DNA of 64,000 nt from Patescibacteria group bacterium (lineage in GTDB: Bacteria; Patescibacteriota; Patescibacteriia; JAHIZJ01). The notes under the pieces are model-generated. The model did not search any database and was not told the DNA's origin. It saw only the letters and a program-made list of their open reading frames with translations. Each line of letters starts with the position of its first letter. Position 1 is the stretch's first letter. Where the stretch lies: assembly GCA_028714495.1 (NCBI GenBank), contig JAQTMH010000003.1:136496-200495 (forward strand). Reading direction: 5' to 3'. Position numbers and translations under genes: made by a program. This document shows, piece after piece, positions 48,011 through 57,827 of the stretch.

Positions 48011-48652
48011 TTACAGGCCATAATCGGGATTATGAAAGACCCTCCATTTGTTAAATGGCCAGGCCCTCACCCAAGTTCGGCCAATGATGTATTTCTTGTC
48101 AATCGGCCCGATGCGGCGGGAATCAAGGCTTTGTTCCCGATTATCGCCCATGACATAATATTCATTAGGGCTTAAGGTGACCTGGTCGCTGCCCGCGGTT
48201 AAAACGTCAGTATCAAGGTAGTCTCTTTCGTCAAGAGCCTGGCCCTTGGGATTACTATCGTTATAAATAATAACCCGCCCATTGCGAATTTCCACTTTTT
48301 CGCCGGGCAAGCCAATAACCCGCTTGATAAAAAATTGGGAGGGATTCTGGGGGTAACGGAAAACGATGATATCGCCCCGGGCTGGCTTTTCGAAACGGTA
48401 AGTGATTTCATCAATCACCAGATATTCATTATCGTAAAAACTCGGTTCCATTGACGCGCCCTTTACGTAAAAAGGTTGGATCAAAAAATATCTCACCGGA
48501 ATAATTATCGCCAATGAGATAACAATGACTTTGACAATTTCCAGAATAAAGGTGCCGGTTGATTTTATGAATCCGCTGGCTTTGCCTTCGGGATCATCGG
48601 CGGGAAGATAAGTGCCCTGGCGAGGCTTATTGATTTTGTCTAGGAATGTCAT
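48011..48652 (-). CDS. lepB: signal peptidase I
   Basis: KGASMEPSF (Ser nucleophile), GDNREQSLDSRRIGPI (box E). Confidence 0.8.
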   Translation of the reverse strand: MTFLDKINKPRQGTYLPADDPEGKASGFIKSTGTFILEIVKVIVISLAIIIPVRYFLIQPFYVKGASMEPSFYDNEYLVIDEITYRFEKPARGDIIVFRYPQNPSQFFIKRVIGLPGEKVEIRNGRVIIYNDSNPKGQALDERDYLDTDVLTAGSDQVTLSPNEYYVMGDNREQSLDSRRIGPIDKKYIIGRTWVRAWPFNKWRVFHNPDYGL

Positions 48653-48703
48653 GTTTTTTATTCAACTTAATTTAATAAATCTTTTAACTCGATTTTGGCA
48701 CCA

Positions 48704-48724
48704 TAACCACTGAGCTATACGAGC
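48704..48724 (-). other. 21-nt fragment identical to a tRNA 5' end (acceptor + D arm): GCTCGTATAGCTCAGTGGTTA
   Basis: The rest of the tRNA is absent locally. Confidence 0.3.
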
Positions 48725-48740
48725 GTGGCTAGTAGATTAT

Positions 48741-48934
48741 TAATTAACGCCCCCTGCCCCGCATCGAACGACTTCGAGTTTGCCGAGAAGGAGTTCTGGT
48801 GCGGGGTAACCCCCGCCCGAGGCGGGTCCGCCTTTGGCGGAAGCTGAGTCCCGGTGTCCCGATCGCTTGCGCGTCGGGAATCGGGATCCCGATTGCGGCG
48901 TTAGCCGCACGTCGGGACTAATCGTTATAGAATC
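48741..48934 (-). other. GC-rich, hairpin-dense structured RNA region (unclassified ncRNA or REP/BIME-like cluster) in tRNA trailer
   Basis: Local GC is far above the window average. Nested stems: GTCCCGA...TCGGGAC, ATCGGGATCCCGAT, CCGCCAAAGGCGG, CCCGCCtcGGGCGGG. No ORF support. Confidence 0.3.
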
Positions 48935-49119
48935 TGGTGGACGATGGAGGACTTGAACCTCCGACCTCACGAACCCGCCTGCCAAAGCTGGTGGGCGGCA
49001 CAAGACTCGAACTTGTGACTTCTATCGTGTGAGGATAGCGCTCTAACCAACTGAGCTAGCCGCCCACCAGCGGCGGGCAGGTGTGAATCGTGCGCTCTAA
49101 CCAACTGAGCTAATCGTCC
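48935..49119 (-). tRNA. tRNA-Val(CAC) split at anticodon-loop position 37/38 by a 108-nt insert that contains another tRNA
   Basis: 5' part GGACGAT-TA-GCTC-AGTTGGTTA-GAGC-G-CACGA-TTCACA (49082-49119). 3' part T-TCGTG-AGGTC-GGAGG-TTCAAGT-CCTCC-ATCGTCC-A-CCA (48935-48973). All four stems are Watson-Crick perfect. The insert ends pair (CCTGCCCGCC / GGCAGGCGGG). Confidence 0.55.
48989..49065 (-). tRNA. tRNA-Val(CAC), complete, CCA encoded
   Basis: GGGCGGC-TA-GCTC-AGTTGGTTA-GAGC-G-CTATC-CTCACAC-GATAG-AAGTC-ACAAG-TTCGAGT-CTTGT-GCCGCCC-A-CCA. Canonical cloverleaf, A73. Confidence 0.8.
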
Positions 49120-49274
49120 ATACTTGCAGGTGAGCGCTCCCCGTTCTGGACCAAAAGAATAAACAAATATTTTATCAAAACTTTTCTTTTTTGCTAATAT
49201 TCGCAAAAAGTGACTCAATTATAACACATCAAAAATAAAAAAGCAAACGCTTTATTTATGCTTTATCCGTCTAT

Positions 49275-52200
49275 TTATGAAATGGTAATAGTCAGAGTGC
49301 CGGAATAAGTGCCGCCTAGCCTTAAATTCAGACTGCTGATCGTCAAAGTCGGTTCGGTATAATACTTGCCCATACCGAACGTGGGATTCGCCGGACAACC
49401 GCTGCCCGTACAAGCGTCAGCATCAACAATCGTTATACTGCTTTCCGGATCCATAGCCCCACCCGCGCCCGCGCACACACCAGCGCTTGGACAAGAACCG
49501 ATTTCCGCGCCGTATAAAGCATTTACCGTACCAGTACTCCAGCTGATATCGCCGGCCCGGATTAAATCATTGTTAAAATAACTATAGCCGTCATAGTCGC
49601 CAACGCCTGAAGTGACCTGATAGACAGTAAAAAACTGATTGCGGTTAATTCGAGGGGGAGTCTGCGCCTGGATTGTTCCGGCCTCCGCGTCCAGGGGCGT
49701 CGTGGCAACACTATCCCAAGCTGAGCCGTCGTATTCATAATAACTTAAAGATTTGTTGCCCATTTCATCGTCGGCAAAAAATACCCAGACGCTGGTATTA
49801 TCAGTCGTGATTGACGGTTTGTCGTCAGTAATATCGAAGTTAATTGTCGTCGCATCGCTCCATGAGCCGTTGTAACTTCGATACATTAATTGATAAGCGT
49901 TGTAGGCAAGATGCAATTTATCCGCTGTATCGCTTGTTGCCGAGTACCGGTCGGTCGGCAGTGATACATCAATCATGGCTCCGCCCGCCCAGGCCGAGCC
50001 ATTAAAATTATCCCAAGACAACCCCGTATCTTCGTCAATGTAAAATAACGCGACATTGTCGCTATTGCGCAGAACTAATGAAGGATCGTCAGTATCACTT
50101 TCTACGCTCCGGGAGATGGAAAAACCGCCTCCGGTATTTCGATAAACAGCCGTTATATTAGCTGGTGATAATAGATTGGTACCTTTTACCGCTACCATAA
50201 TATCGCCGTCAGATTCGACAACGATTGAACATTCTTCATACCCATAGGTAAAAGTATTACCCACTACTTCGGTGGCTGACCCAATTGTCCATTGGCTGCC
50301 TGATTTGGTAAGCAACCGGTAATTAATATCATCTCCCTGTTCATAACACAGGTGAATATTATCGCTTGAATCTATATACATCGAAGGAATGCTGCTTGCC
50401 TCACCGACATAGGTTGGAGATCCGGTAATCGCCTCTGACCAGGTTGCCCCCTTATTTGAGCTCTTTAAAAATTCCACGCGCGCTCCATCATTGTAAGCAA
50501 AAACGATGACCGTATCCGTTGTTTTTACGGTATTTCGGATATGCGACGCTGGAAAGAGATCCGAGGAAATATTAGTCCATGGCGCGCCAGTGGTTTCTGA
50601 GCGCAGATGTTCAATAACGGCGGTCGTTGACCAGCCCACGCCCGTACCCCGATCATCCCAGGTATTCAGCTCTTGATCGTTCGATAAGAGCATCTGTTTG
50701 GAATTTGTGCCGGTTCCGCCGAGAGTATAATCACTTAAGGCCAAGGTGGCGGTCGTGGAAATACTCAAAGAATACGAACTTGAGGTGGTCAGCTGCGGGT
50801 AGGTAAAGTCGCCCGAGGCATTTATTGCCACGGCCTGGCTATTAACCGTATCATAGGCGCGGAAATAGTAAGTAGTATTGGCCGTCGGATCATAACCCCA
50901 AATAGTAAATTCAAACTCTGTTTCCGTACTGGCTGTAAAATCAAATGTCGAGGCGGAGCTGGCTTCATTATACGTGCCGCTCGTATCAGAGTCTGATAAC
51001 ACCCGGCTGGCAATACCACCATCATCAGTGGCGTTGTCGCCGTTGTAATAACACCAAGCGCCTGACACACAGCTCGTCGTGCCGACATCAGTGGCGCCTG
51101 AAAAGATGTTACTGGTATCATATTGAATCTTAAAACGGATATTTTGCTCAGCCGCGCCGCCGATTTCCGCAATGGTCAGACGCATTTTGATCGGCTCTTT
51201 TTTCCCAATTTTATCAGGCGGAATCGTGTTTTCAGCGGCATACGGATAGACCGGCGTGGCCGTGTCTTCATCGCCGTACAGGCGCCAATTTTGAGAACGC
51301 GGGGTGAATATCTTATCAACAGTAAACCGGAAAGTCATGTCTTGGTTATCTAAATACGTCCAGTTGGCGTCGCTAGTACAAGTTGTTGTGCAGGAGCCAT
51401 TACGAGAACTCGTACCGTTATAGGTAATAGCGTTGTATTCTGCGCTGTTTGTCGAGGTAATTCCATAAGCCCGGTAAGAACAGGCGGTTGTCGCTGCCGA
51501 ATAGAAATACACTCGATAGGTCTGCCCACCATACAGGTTTATCGGGCTGGATAAGGTTGCGTCCCACCATCTAGCTGTTCCGGTAACAGTCCCAGCGGCT
51601 ACCAGGGTACCTGAGGCTAATTGAGTATCGCTGCTGTCCCGGATGTCATAAAGCAAATCAGCGCTCGGATTGCCGCAGCTTAAGCCAAGCTTAAACGTAT
51701 ACAGCCCGATTGTGGTAACTGTCCGGCCCACATCATACATGACGAATTTCTCACCATAGTTATAGGTCGTACCCGCATTTGTGTAAATATTATACAAAGT
51801 TGCTGTGTCAGACGGATCACCTTCATCAGTCGCGCTGGTATAATCAAGAAAATACACAGGCTGGGCGCCCTGATCCGCCCAGCTCGCGCCATTGTACCAC
51901 TCGGTATTAGAGGCAGTATCAGCTGTGTCGCGATAGGGAATCCGTTGATTTCTGATGGCGGTACGACGTATGGCAATGAGGTTGCCTACGCCAATTGTCC
52001 CTGACTGATATTGAACCACGATATGATAGACTGTTCCGGCGACAAGGGTCGGCCTGCCAGTACTGGCAAGTGTGTACGTGTTCCAGCCAGTGGAAGTAGG
52101 CGCGACATCCACATACGATGAGGTGCTCGAACCAGAAAGCCAGGTGCCAGAAGGGTTACCGCTCGAATCTGATTGAATTCCAAAACGGTAGGTCGGCGAA

Positions 52201-53846
52201 GAGCTTACCGTCTGAAGATATATTCGGAACGCGCTTAACTCGCCGCCTGATTGGTCGGTAAAAGAAAGGCCAGCCCGAAGGGTAGAGCCATTCAAACTAC
52301 CCATGGTGACTGCACCGCTCGTGACAAATTGGCTGCCCCAGTAGTCATACGCGCTCCAAACTACCTCCAAATAGGGGTCGCTATTCACACCGGTGTAATC
52401 GGTTGTGCGCATATTCACATAAGCCCATTGACCACTCCCAACACCGTCACCCCACGTATTCCGCAATTCAAAATCCGTATCTCCAGTTTTGCTTACGTAG
52501 CTATCCGGCGTGGGTATGGAAAACGCCTTCCAGCCCGTTGTTTCCGCCCAATCGAGTGTCCCCCGACTTGACCCAACAGCACCCCAATCACCAGAGGTCA
52601 GAGAAGCCCCGATTTGATTCACACCTATATAGTACTCAACATCCCAGACACTAATGCTTGCTCTATCGTTGTATGAGTCTGCGTAGGTATTAATGGTTGA
52701 TGAGGTAATAGTGATTGCATCGTCCAGCCCCGAGGTGTCAAAACTTAAATATGACCGATATTCGTAACCAACTCCGCCAACACAAGCCACCTGTTTGGTA
52801 AGACCGATGTCGGAAAGATTCGATGTGGTGTAAACAGAGTAATCATCAACATCCCCATCACAATAGTGTATACTGCCATCAACCGCCGTGGTCGAATAAA
52901 AGAAGATTTGCGGGTCGAGAGCCACCTCGCCAGCTGCTGGCAGGCCGGAAATAAGAATATCCCTTTCCTGCCGCTCGACCGTGTAACCGCTCCAGATTAA
53001 ATCGTCAAAGCTGACTTCGATTTTATTATCAATAATCGCGCTCAGATGGGACAGTTTTCCGTCTGTAGTCTCTTCCTGAAAATCAACGGACAAGCCGGTT
53101 TCAATCGTATAGCCTGACTGGGCGATTGACAGGCTATTATTGAATTTATTCGTCCACTTGGTGAAGCGCCTCTGGCTGTCAAAAACAGTCTGGTAATTCA
53201 CCTGGCTCGCTTGGGTAGCTGACAGGTCGCCAATCCTGACCTTTTGCCCGTTTTGGACGATAAATGGCCTCAAGTCGAATTGCTTTCCCAGGTAGGAAAA
53301 TCTCAGGCGGCCATCAAGGTATTCTTCGTTCATTATTTCGTTGAAGTCCTTCCACTCGCCCGCCACCTTCTCGAAGCGCTTGCTTCTGGAACAGCGCATG
53401 GTTTGCTGGCCATCGGGCGGGCCGGCTATTTCGCAAGTCTCACTGACAATCTCATCGCCCTTGTCATCAAGCGGACTAGTAAATTCTCCCTCGTTATTTG
53501 ACTCCGGGCTGGCTGGCTGGACTTCTTCATTGGTCTCTAGCTCAACCTCTGGGCCGATGTTCAGATCGTCCTTCTGAACCACTGATCCCGGGTTTTCCGG
53601 ATTCGCTAAAAAATCGCCCAGTGATGCTTGCGACGTATTCAGGGAAAAAAACAAGCACATTAGGACGACTAAAACCGCTTTCCCAATATTAAATATTTTC
53701 CTCCGTATCATTTGCCTTTTCACAAGTTCGCGTATTTTAATTCCAATCCCGAGATGGAGTTTTCGTTTATTGGCCGTTGCTGTTTTGGTTGGCCGCCGCC
53801 GGTTCTTTGTTTTCGCCCGACCGCAGGCGGTAGAAAACGAAATCAT
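49275..53846 (-). CDS. giant (about 1480-1520 aa) secreted protein with S/T/G-rich beta-rich region and C-terminal BNR/Asp-box-like repeats
   Basis: Signal peptide MIRRKIFNIGKAVLVVLMCLFF; probable start near 53711. SSNKGATWSEA, YNGSWSDATT and YDGSAWDSVATT are SxDxGxTW-like. Confidence 0.5.
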   Translation of the reverse strand: MISFSTACGRAKTKNRRRPTKTATANKRKLHLGIGIKIRELVKRQMIRRKIFNIGKAVLVVLMCLFFSLNTSQASLGDFLANPENPGSVVQKDDLNIGPEVELETNEEVQPASPESNNEGEFTSPLDDKGDEIVSETCEIAGPPDGQQTMRCSRSKRFEKVAGEWKDFNEIMNEEYLDGRLRFSYLGKQFDLRPFIVQNGQKVRIGDLSATQASQVNYQTVFDSQRRFTKWTNKFNNSLSIAQSGYTIETGLSVDFQEETTDGKLSHLSAIIDNKIEVSFDDLIWSGYTVERQERDILISGLPAAGEVALDPQIFFYSTTAVDGSIHYCDGDVDDYSVYTTSNLSDIGLTKQVACVGGVGYEYRSYLSFDTSGLDDAITITSSTINTYADSYNDRASISVWDVEYYIGVNQIGASLTSGDWGAVGSSRGTLDWAETTGWKAFSIPTPDSYVSKTGDTDFELRNTWGDGVGSGQWAYVNMRTTDYTGVNSDPYLEVVWSAYDYWGSQFVTSGAVTMGSLNGSTLRAGLSFTDQSGGELSAFRIYLQTVSSSPTYRFGIQSDSSGNPSGTWLSGSSTSSYVDVAPTSTGWNTYTLASTGRPTLVAGTVYHIVVQYQSGTIGVGNLIAIRRTAIRNQRIPYRDTADTASNTEWYNGASWADQGAQPVYFLDYTSATDEGDPSDTATLYNIYTNAGTTYNYGEKFVMYDVGRTVTTIGLYTFKLGLSCGNPSADLLYDIRDSSDTQLASGTLVAAGTVTGTARWWDATLSSPINLYGGQTYRVYFYSAATTACSYRAYGITSTNSAEYNAITYNGTSSRNGSCTTTCTSDANWTYLDNQDMTFRFTVDKIFTPRSQNWRLYGDEDTATPVYPYAAENTIPPDKIGKKEPIKMRLTIAEIGGAAEQNIRFKIQYDTSNIFSGATDVGTTSCVSGAWCYYNGDNATDDGGIASRVLSDSDTSGTYNEASSASTFDFTASTETEFEFTIWGYDPTANTTYYFRAYDTVNSQAVAINASGDFTYPQLTTSSSYSLSISTTATLALSDYTLGGTGTNSKQMLLSNDQELNTWDDRGTGVGWSTTAVIEHLRSETTGAPWTNISSDLFPASHIRNTVKTTDTVIVFAYNDGARVEFLKSSNKGATWSEAITGSPTYVGEASSIPSMYIDSSDNIHLCYEQGDDINYRLLTKSGSQWTIGSATEVVGNTFTYGYEECSIVVESDGDIMVAVKGTNLLSPANITAVYRNTGGGFSISRSVESDTDDPSLVLRNSDNVALFYIDEDTGLSWDNFNGSAWAGGAMIDVSLPTDRYSATSDTADKLHLAYNAYQLMYRSYNGSWSDATTINFDITDDKPSITTDNTSVWVFFADDEMGNKSLSYYEYDGSAWDSVATTPLDAEAGTIQAQTPPRINRNQFFTVYQVTSGVGDYDGYSYFNNDLIRAGDISWSTGTVNALYGAEIGSCPSAGVCAGAGGAMDPESSITIVDADACTGSGCPANPTFGMGKYYTEPTLTISSLNLRLGGTYSGTLTITIS

Positions 53847-55509
53847 CGACTCTCACGCCCTCGGGATCGCTGCGATTTTCCAATACGCTGGTCAATTCAT
53901 ACATCTTGCCCTCGGCGTCTGATATATATCCATAGTAGTAATCAGGATGCTTCGGGTCGACTAAAACAGTCGTGAGATGGCCTTTGTCCACCAGTTCGGT
54001 TTGAAATATGTTTTTTTCGTCAATCGTCCGGCTACGCTCGGGGGAAATTGGATAATGACCCTCAGTCTGGTAATACCTTTCCACCGCCGCTTGGATAGCT
54101 TTCAAGTCTTCTTTGCGCTTGTCGTCTACCCTGGTTCGCTCGCTTAAGACTATATTAAGCCTTTCATCGTCGGCCTTTTGTTTCTCTTGGGCGGCTTGAA
54201 CCCGTTTTTTATCGGCTTCTTTCTTATGCCACTGCCAATAGCCGATAGCTCCGCCAATGACAACAATAACGGCTAGAATAATCAAAATATTTTTTCTACT
54301 GCCGAAGAACGATTTCACGAAAGAAAGCCAAAGATTCTCCCGGGGGATGAGCAGCTGCTGGCCGATGGTCACCTGGTAGGGCGCTTTCAAGCGGTTTACC
54401 CGGACGAGCAATTTCCATCTGACCCGATAATTCGCGGCGATGCTTTCGATTGTCTCGCCCTCAGCCACTACATGAACCTGCATTTTTGATTTCTCTTTGG
54501 CCACTATCAGCTGGAAAAACAGCCGGAACAGAATTATCAGTACGATAATGATCGCCAGCAGGATCAGCAATGGGTAGGGAATTATCCAGAAAGAGATCGT
54601 CCGGCTTATCGGCGAACCGCCGGCGTAGGTCACGTCAACCGTCGTGGTGAACCGGCCGATAAAAGGCGGATTTGTCCAATCAACCGGTATCATCGTTTCT
54701 TTGCCTGGTATCACCATGCCCATGCCTTTTTGTTCGGTAGTATAAATCGTCCGGCCGAAGATGTTTTTAATTTTCAACTGGCCAATTGGTTCGGCTCGGA
54801 CATTGCCGGAATTTTTGAAAACAATCGTATAGCGCACAGCCGGCTTCAAGCCGAGGAATGATAAAACTCGATCAAACGGAATTATTTCCGTCTGAAAATT
54901 TAAACGACTCACTAGCAAATGGCGGAAGTCCTTGATTTCCAGCTGGCGCTTGATTTCTCCGGGGATGGTAACATACATCCTGACGCCGACCCGAGTGACA
55001 ATCTCGACTCCGGTACCGCCTCCATAGGCGGGTTTTTCCCTTATTTCCTCCATCACGATCGCGCCAAAATGTTCTCCGACATCAACGCCTTCTTTCGGTA
55101 CCGTTACCACGAATGGTATGGTCACTTCTTGGCCAGCCGGCACCTCGACTGTATCCTGGCTCATTTTCACCCAACTGCCCACGTCCTTGTGCTGGAAATT
55201 CTTAGCCAAGGGCGCGAACGCGCCGTCCGAGGTAGTTTCAGCGTCAACAGCATAGACTTGAAACTTGAGTAGTTCGTCAGAATGATTGCTGATAATTGCC
55301 GCGTCTTCCTTTGATTCCCCAGGCTTCAAATCATAAATAAACCAGGACGCGGCCGGCCCGGAGCTGCCCTGGGGATTAGCCGGCGCAATGCCGCGCTGTC
55401 CGACCTCCAGGGCCTGGGCTTCTGGTCCATGGCTGAAAATAAAAATGGCGGCTGTAAAAAATATCAACCCTCCAAATATCAGCTTTTTATTCATTTTTTG
55501 GCCAGGCAT
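53767..55509 (-). CDS. bitopic membrane protein with LysM domain and C-terminal pseudopilin-like motif
   Basis: Signal peptide. Two TM helices. LysM VHVVAEGETIESIAANYRV...LLIP. C-terminal AIQAAVERYYQTEGHYP. Confidence 0.5.
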   Translation of the reverse strand: MPGQKMNKKLIFGGLIFFTAAIFIFSHGPEAQALEVGQRGIAPANPQGSSGPAASWFIYDLKPGESKEDAAIISNHSDELLKFQVYAVDAETTSDGAFAPLAKNFQHKDVGSWVKMSQDTVEVPAGQEVTIPFVVTVPKEGVDVGEHFGAIVMEEIREKPAYGGGTGVEIVTRVGVRMYVTIPGEIKRQLEIKDFRHLLVSRLNFQTEIIPFDRVLSFLGLKPAVRYTIVFKNSGNVRAEPIGQLKIKNIFGRTIYTTEQKGMGMVIPGKETMIPVDWTNPPFIGRFTTTVDVTYAGGSPISRTISFWIIPYPLLILLAIIIVLIILFRLFFQLIVAKEKSKMQVHVVAEGETIESIAANYRVRWKLLVRVNRLKAPYQVTIGQQLLIPRENLWLSFVKSFFGSRKNILIILAVIVVIGGAIGYWQWHKKEADKKRVQAAQEKQKADDERLNIVLSERTRVDDKRKEDLKAIQAAVERYYQTEGHYPISPERSRTIDEKNIFQTELVDKGHLTTVLVDPKHPDYYYGYISDAEGKMYELTSVLENRSDPEGVRVDDFVFYRLRSGENKEPAAANQNSNGQ

Positions 55510-56252
55510 AGAATTGAGATTCCAAAAGGAAAATTAAATTTTTTAAGTAAATACGCTTCTAAATGCAACAAACTGATAAAGAAAGAATTGAGCCACTTGG
55601 GTAAAATAACATATGAGGTGGCTGGACGACGGTTTGCTCCGAAGCTCGTGACCAGCCGGTAGAGCACCATCGGCAGCGAAAGAAAGGTGATGCAATAGCT
55701 CCGTTTCTTCATTTGAAAGCCGGCGCGTGAGAGTTTCCGATGCATTTCCGACAAAAGGTACCGCCGCTTGTGGTGGAGAGCTTCATCGTGCCCTGACCAC
55801 AGGAATTGATAAGCCGGAGCCAGGATAAATACCAGGCCGCCTGGTTTCAGTATCCGGTATATCCTGCGGAGGACCGCTTCATCATTACCCAAATGCTCCA
55901 AAAGATCAAAGGCCGTCACCAGGTCATAGGTATTGTCGGGCAATTCCAGCTTTTCAACATCGGCCAATTCAACGTTGGCAAACCCCCTTTTTTTACAGAA
56001 CTCGAGGGCGGCCGGAGAGCTGTCTATCCCCTTCACTATACCAAATTTTTGCAATATTTCAAAGTTTATGCCGGTGCCGCAGCCGAGATCAAGGATTTGG
56101 ACTGGCTTTGATGATTTTGGGATATGCTTTTTCAGGAGCAATTCGATGATCCGACGCCGTCCCTGATGCCACCAATAGCTCGATTCCAGCTCATACATTC
56201 TTTGGTATTCATCTAGCCTCATTCCTGTGAACCTCGTCGGACAATAATGCAA
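55491..56252 (-). CDS. class I SAM-dependent methyltransferase
   Basis: ILDLGCGTGINFEIL motif I; post-I acidic residue; LKPGGLVFI motif. Confidence 0.7.
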   Translation of the reverse strand: MHYCPTRFTGMRLDEYQRMYELESSYWWHQGRRRIIELLLKKHIPKSSKPVQILDLGCGTGINFEILQKFGIVKGIDSSPAALEFCKKRGFANVELADVEKLELPDNTYDLVTAFDLLEHLGNDEAVLRRIYRILKPGGLVFILAPAYQFLWSGHDEALHHKRRYLLSEMHRKLSRAGFQMKKRSYCITFLSLPMVLYRLVTSFGANRRPATSYVILPKWLNSFFISLLHLEAYLLKKFNFPFGISILCLAKK

Positions 56253-57772
56253 ATCATCTCGTCACGATAGACCTCTTGCCAGTTTTCGCTCCGACGCAGA
56301 GCTTCGGCGATGGCCAGATTGCATCGGAAAAAGGTCCAATCAATCTTATATTTATCGATTAGCTCCAGATAGCCGGTTTTGAGCTGGCCGATAATCTCCC
56401 AGTCTGTGTAAATATTTTTGCCCTGGTACTCCCAGATAGCCATGCGTCCGTCTATGAAAACCTTTTTCTGCGGGTAGTTCCAGACGAGATAGCCGCCGTA
56501 ATTATATTCGTTAAGCATTTCTCCCTTCAGCGGGTGTTTGAGAAGATACTGGACGGCTTCGTAGGGATATTGCCCTTTGTTTGACATCTTAGCCGGATCA
56601 ATGCCGAATTCCAGTAAACCGGAAATCTGCTGGCGGATTACCAGGGCTAAGGCAAGCAAAAACAAAAACAAGATGAAGCGGCGGCGCAAAAGCTTCAGTA
56701 GGGTATCGCCAGTCAACACTTGGGCGATCAATACCCAAAAGGGCGTAATCGCTATCATCAGAAGCGGCATGTGCCGCCAGCTAGAAAGTCCGATATAGAA
56801 AAATACCCCGGTGATAATCAAATGGGTAAAATCAATTTTCTTGAGCGAGAAAAGAAGTAGGATGCCGAAAAGGACAAGGTAGATAGTCAGCTGAAGGCTC
56901 ATTCGGTGCCCAAATTGCACTGGGTTCCACTCAGCAATACTTTGCCTGACTAGGGCCGAGCCAACCGTATTGATCATGGTGTAATACACTTCGTAATAAA
57001 TTCTCAGCCCGTACGGATTAACTAAAGTGGCCGCGCCGCTGACTAATCCTATGATCATTATTTTGACTAGGCTGGCTTTTTCTAAAACCTTAAACTGATA
57101 TTGTCTTTTCCTTATTTTTTCAAAGGCCCATTTCCCTACGCGTCGAAATAGCTCAACGCCGAAAAATAGTGCCAGAGCGAATAGTCCCAAAGAAAAACCG
57201 CCGTGGAGATTAACCCAAACCAGGAAAATCAGCGGCAGATAATAAATCCCCCGGCTTTTCTGATTAAGCCTGAAACGATATAGAAAATAAAAAACCAAAC
57301 CCAGCCCAAGCATGCTGATAACCTGCGGCCTTGGTCCGATGATTGGCAGACTGACCAAAAGAGCCAGCAAGGCGGCTAAGAGCTGGTACTCCTTCCTGGC
57401 CGGGAAACTCCGACCGGCAAAGTAAAAAGCTAGAGTTGAAAACACGGCAAATACCGCGGACATAGCAATCGGCCCGGCAACCGCGCCCAAACTATTTAAG
57501 CCATATAGCATCAGGTCGCTGAGCCACTCGTGAGCGATCCAGGGATACTCGGGGAAAGAATGGGAAAATGGGTCAGTCGTTGCCACTGCCTTATGCTGCC
57601 AGATATACTCCCCGGAGCGCAGGTGCCAGCCTAAATCAGGGTCAAGAGGCACTCTCATCCCGAGGAAAAAAATAATGCCAATAACCGCGATAAGAAAGAG
57701 ATTTCTTCGATTTAAAAATTTTTTTATTGCCTGGATGTTCATACAAGATATATTATAGCAAAAATATGCCAA
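56219..57772 (-). CDS. polytopic membrane protein, putative GT-C-type glycosyltransferase
   Basis: About 12 TM helices. Periplasmic-loop motif DPDLGWHLRSG...HEWLSD. Confidence 0.35.
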   Translation of the reverse strand: MAYFCYNISCMNIQAIKKFLNRRNLFLIAVIGIIFFLGMRVPLDPDLGWHLRSGEYIWQHKAVATTDPFSHSFPEYPWIAHEWLSDLMLYGLNSLGAVAGPIAMSAVFAVFSTLAFYFAGRSFPARKEYQLLAALLALLVSLPIIGPRPQVISMLGLGLVFYFLYRFRLNQKSRGIYYLPLIFLVWVNLHGGFSLGLFALALFFGVELFRRVGKWAFEKIRKRQYQFKVLEKASLVKIMIIGLVSGAATLVNPYGLRIYYEVYYTMINTVGSALVRQSIAEWNPVQFGHRMSLQLTIYLVLFGILLLFSLKKIDFTHLIITGVFFYIGLSSWRHMPLLMIAITPFWVLIAQVLTGDTLLKLLRRRFILFLFLLALALVIRQQISGLLEFGIDPAKMSNKGQYPYEAVQYLLKHPLKGEMLNEYNYGGYLVWNYPQKKVFIDGRMAIWEYQGKNIYTDWEIIGQLKTGYLELIDKYKIDWTFFRCNLAIAEALRRSENWQEVYRDEMICIIVRRGSQE

Positions 57773-57827
57773 ATCAAAAAACTGCCCAGGGTTAGCTAGG
57801 GCAGCTCTTGGTTGTATGTCTTTTTGA

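Noticed and set aside
48741-48934. Possible SRP RNA, RNase P RNA, tmRNA or 5S identity
   Set aside because: The conserved motifs were not found: GGAAGGAAGCAGC of SRP domain IV, the RNase P P4 strands, or a tmRNA tag ORF with T-arm/ACCA end. It is left as an unclassified structured region.
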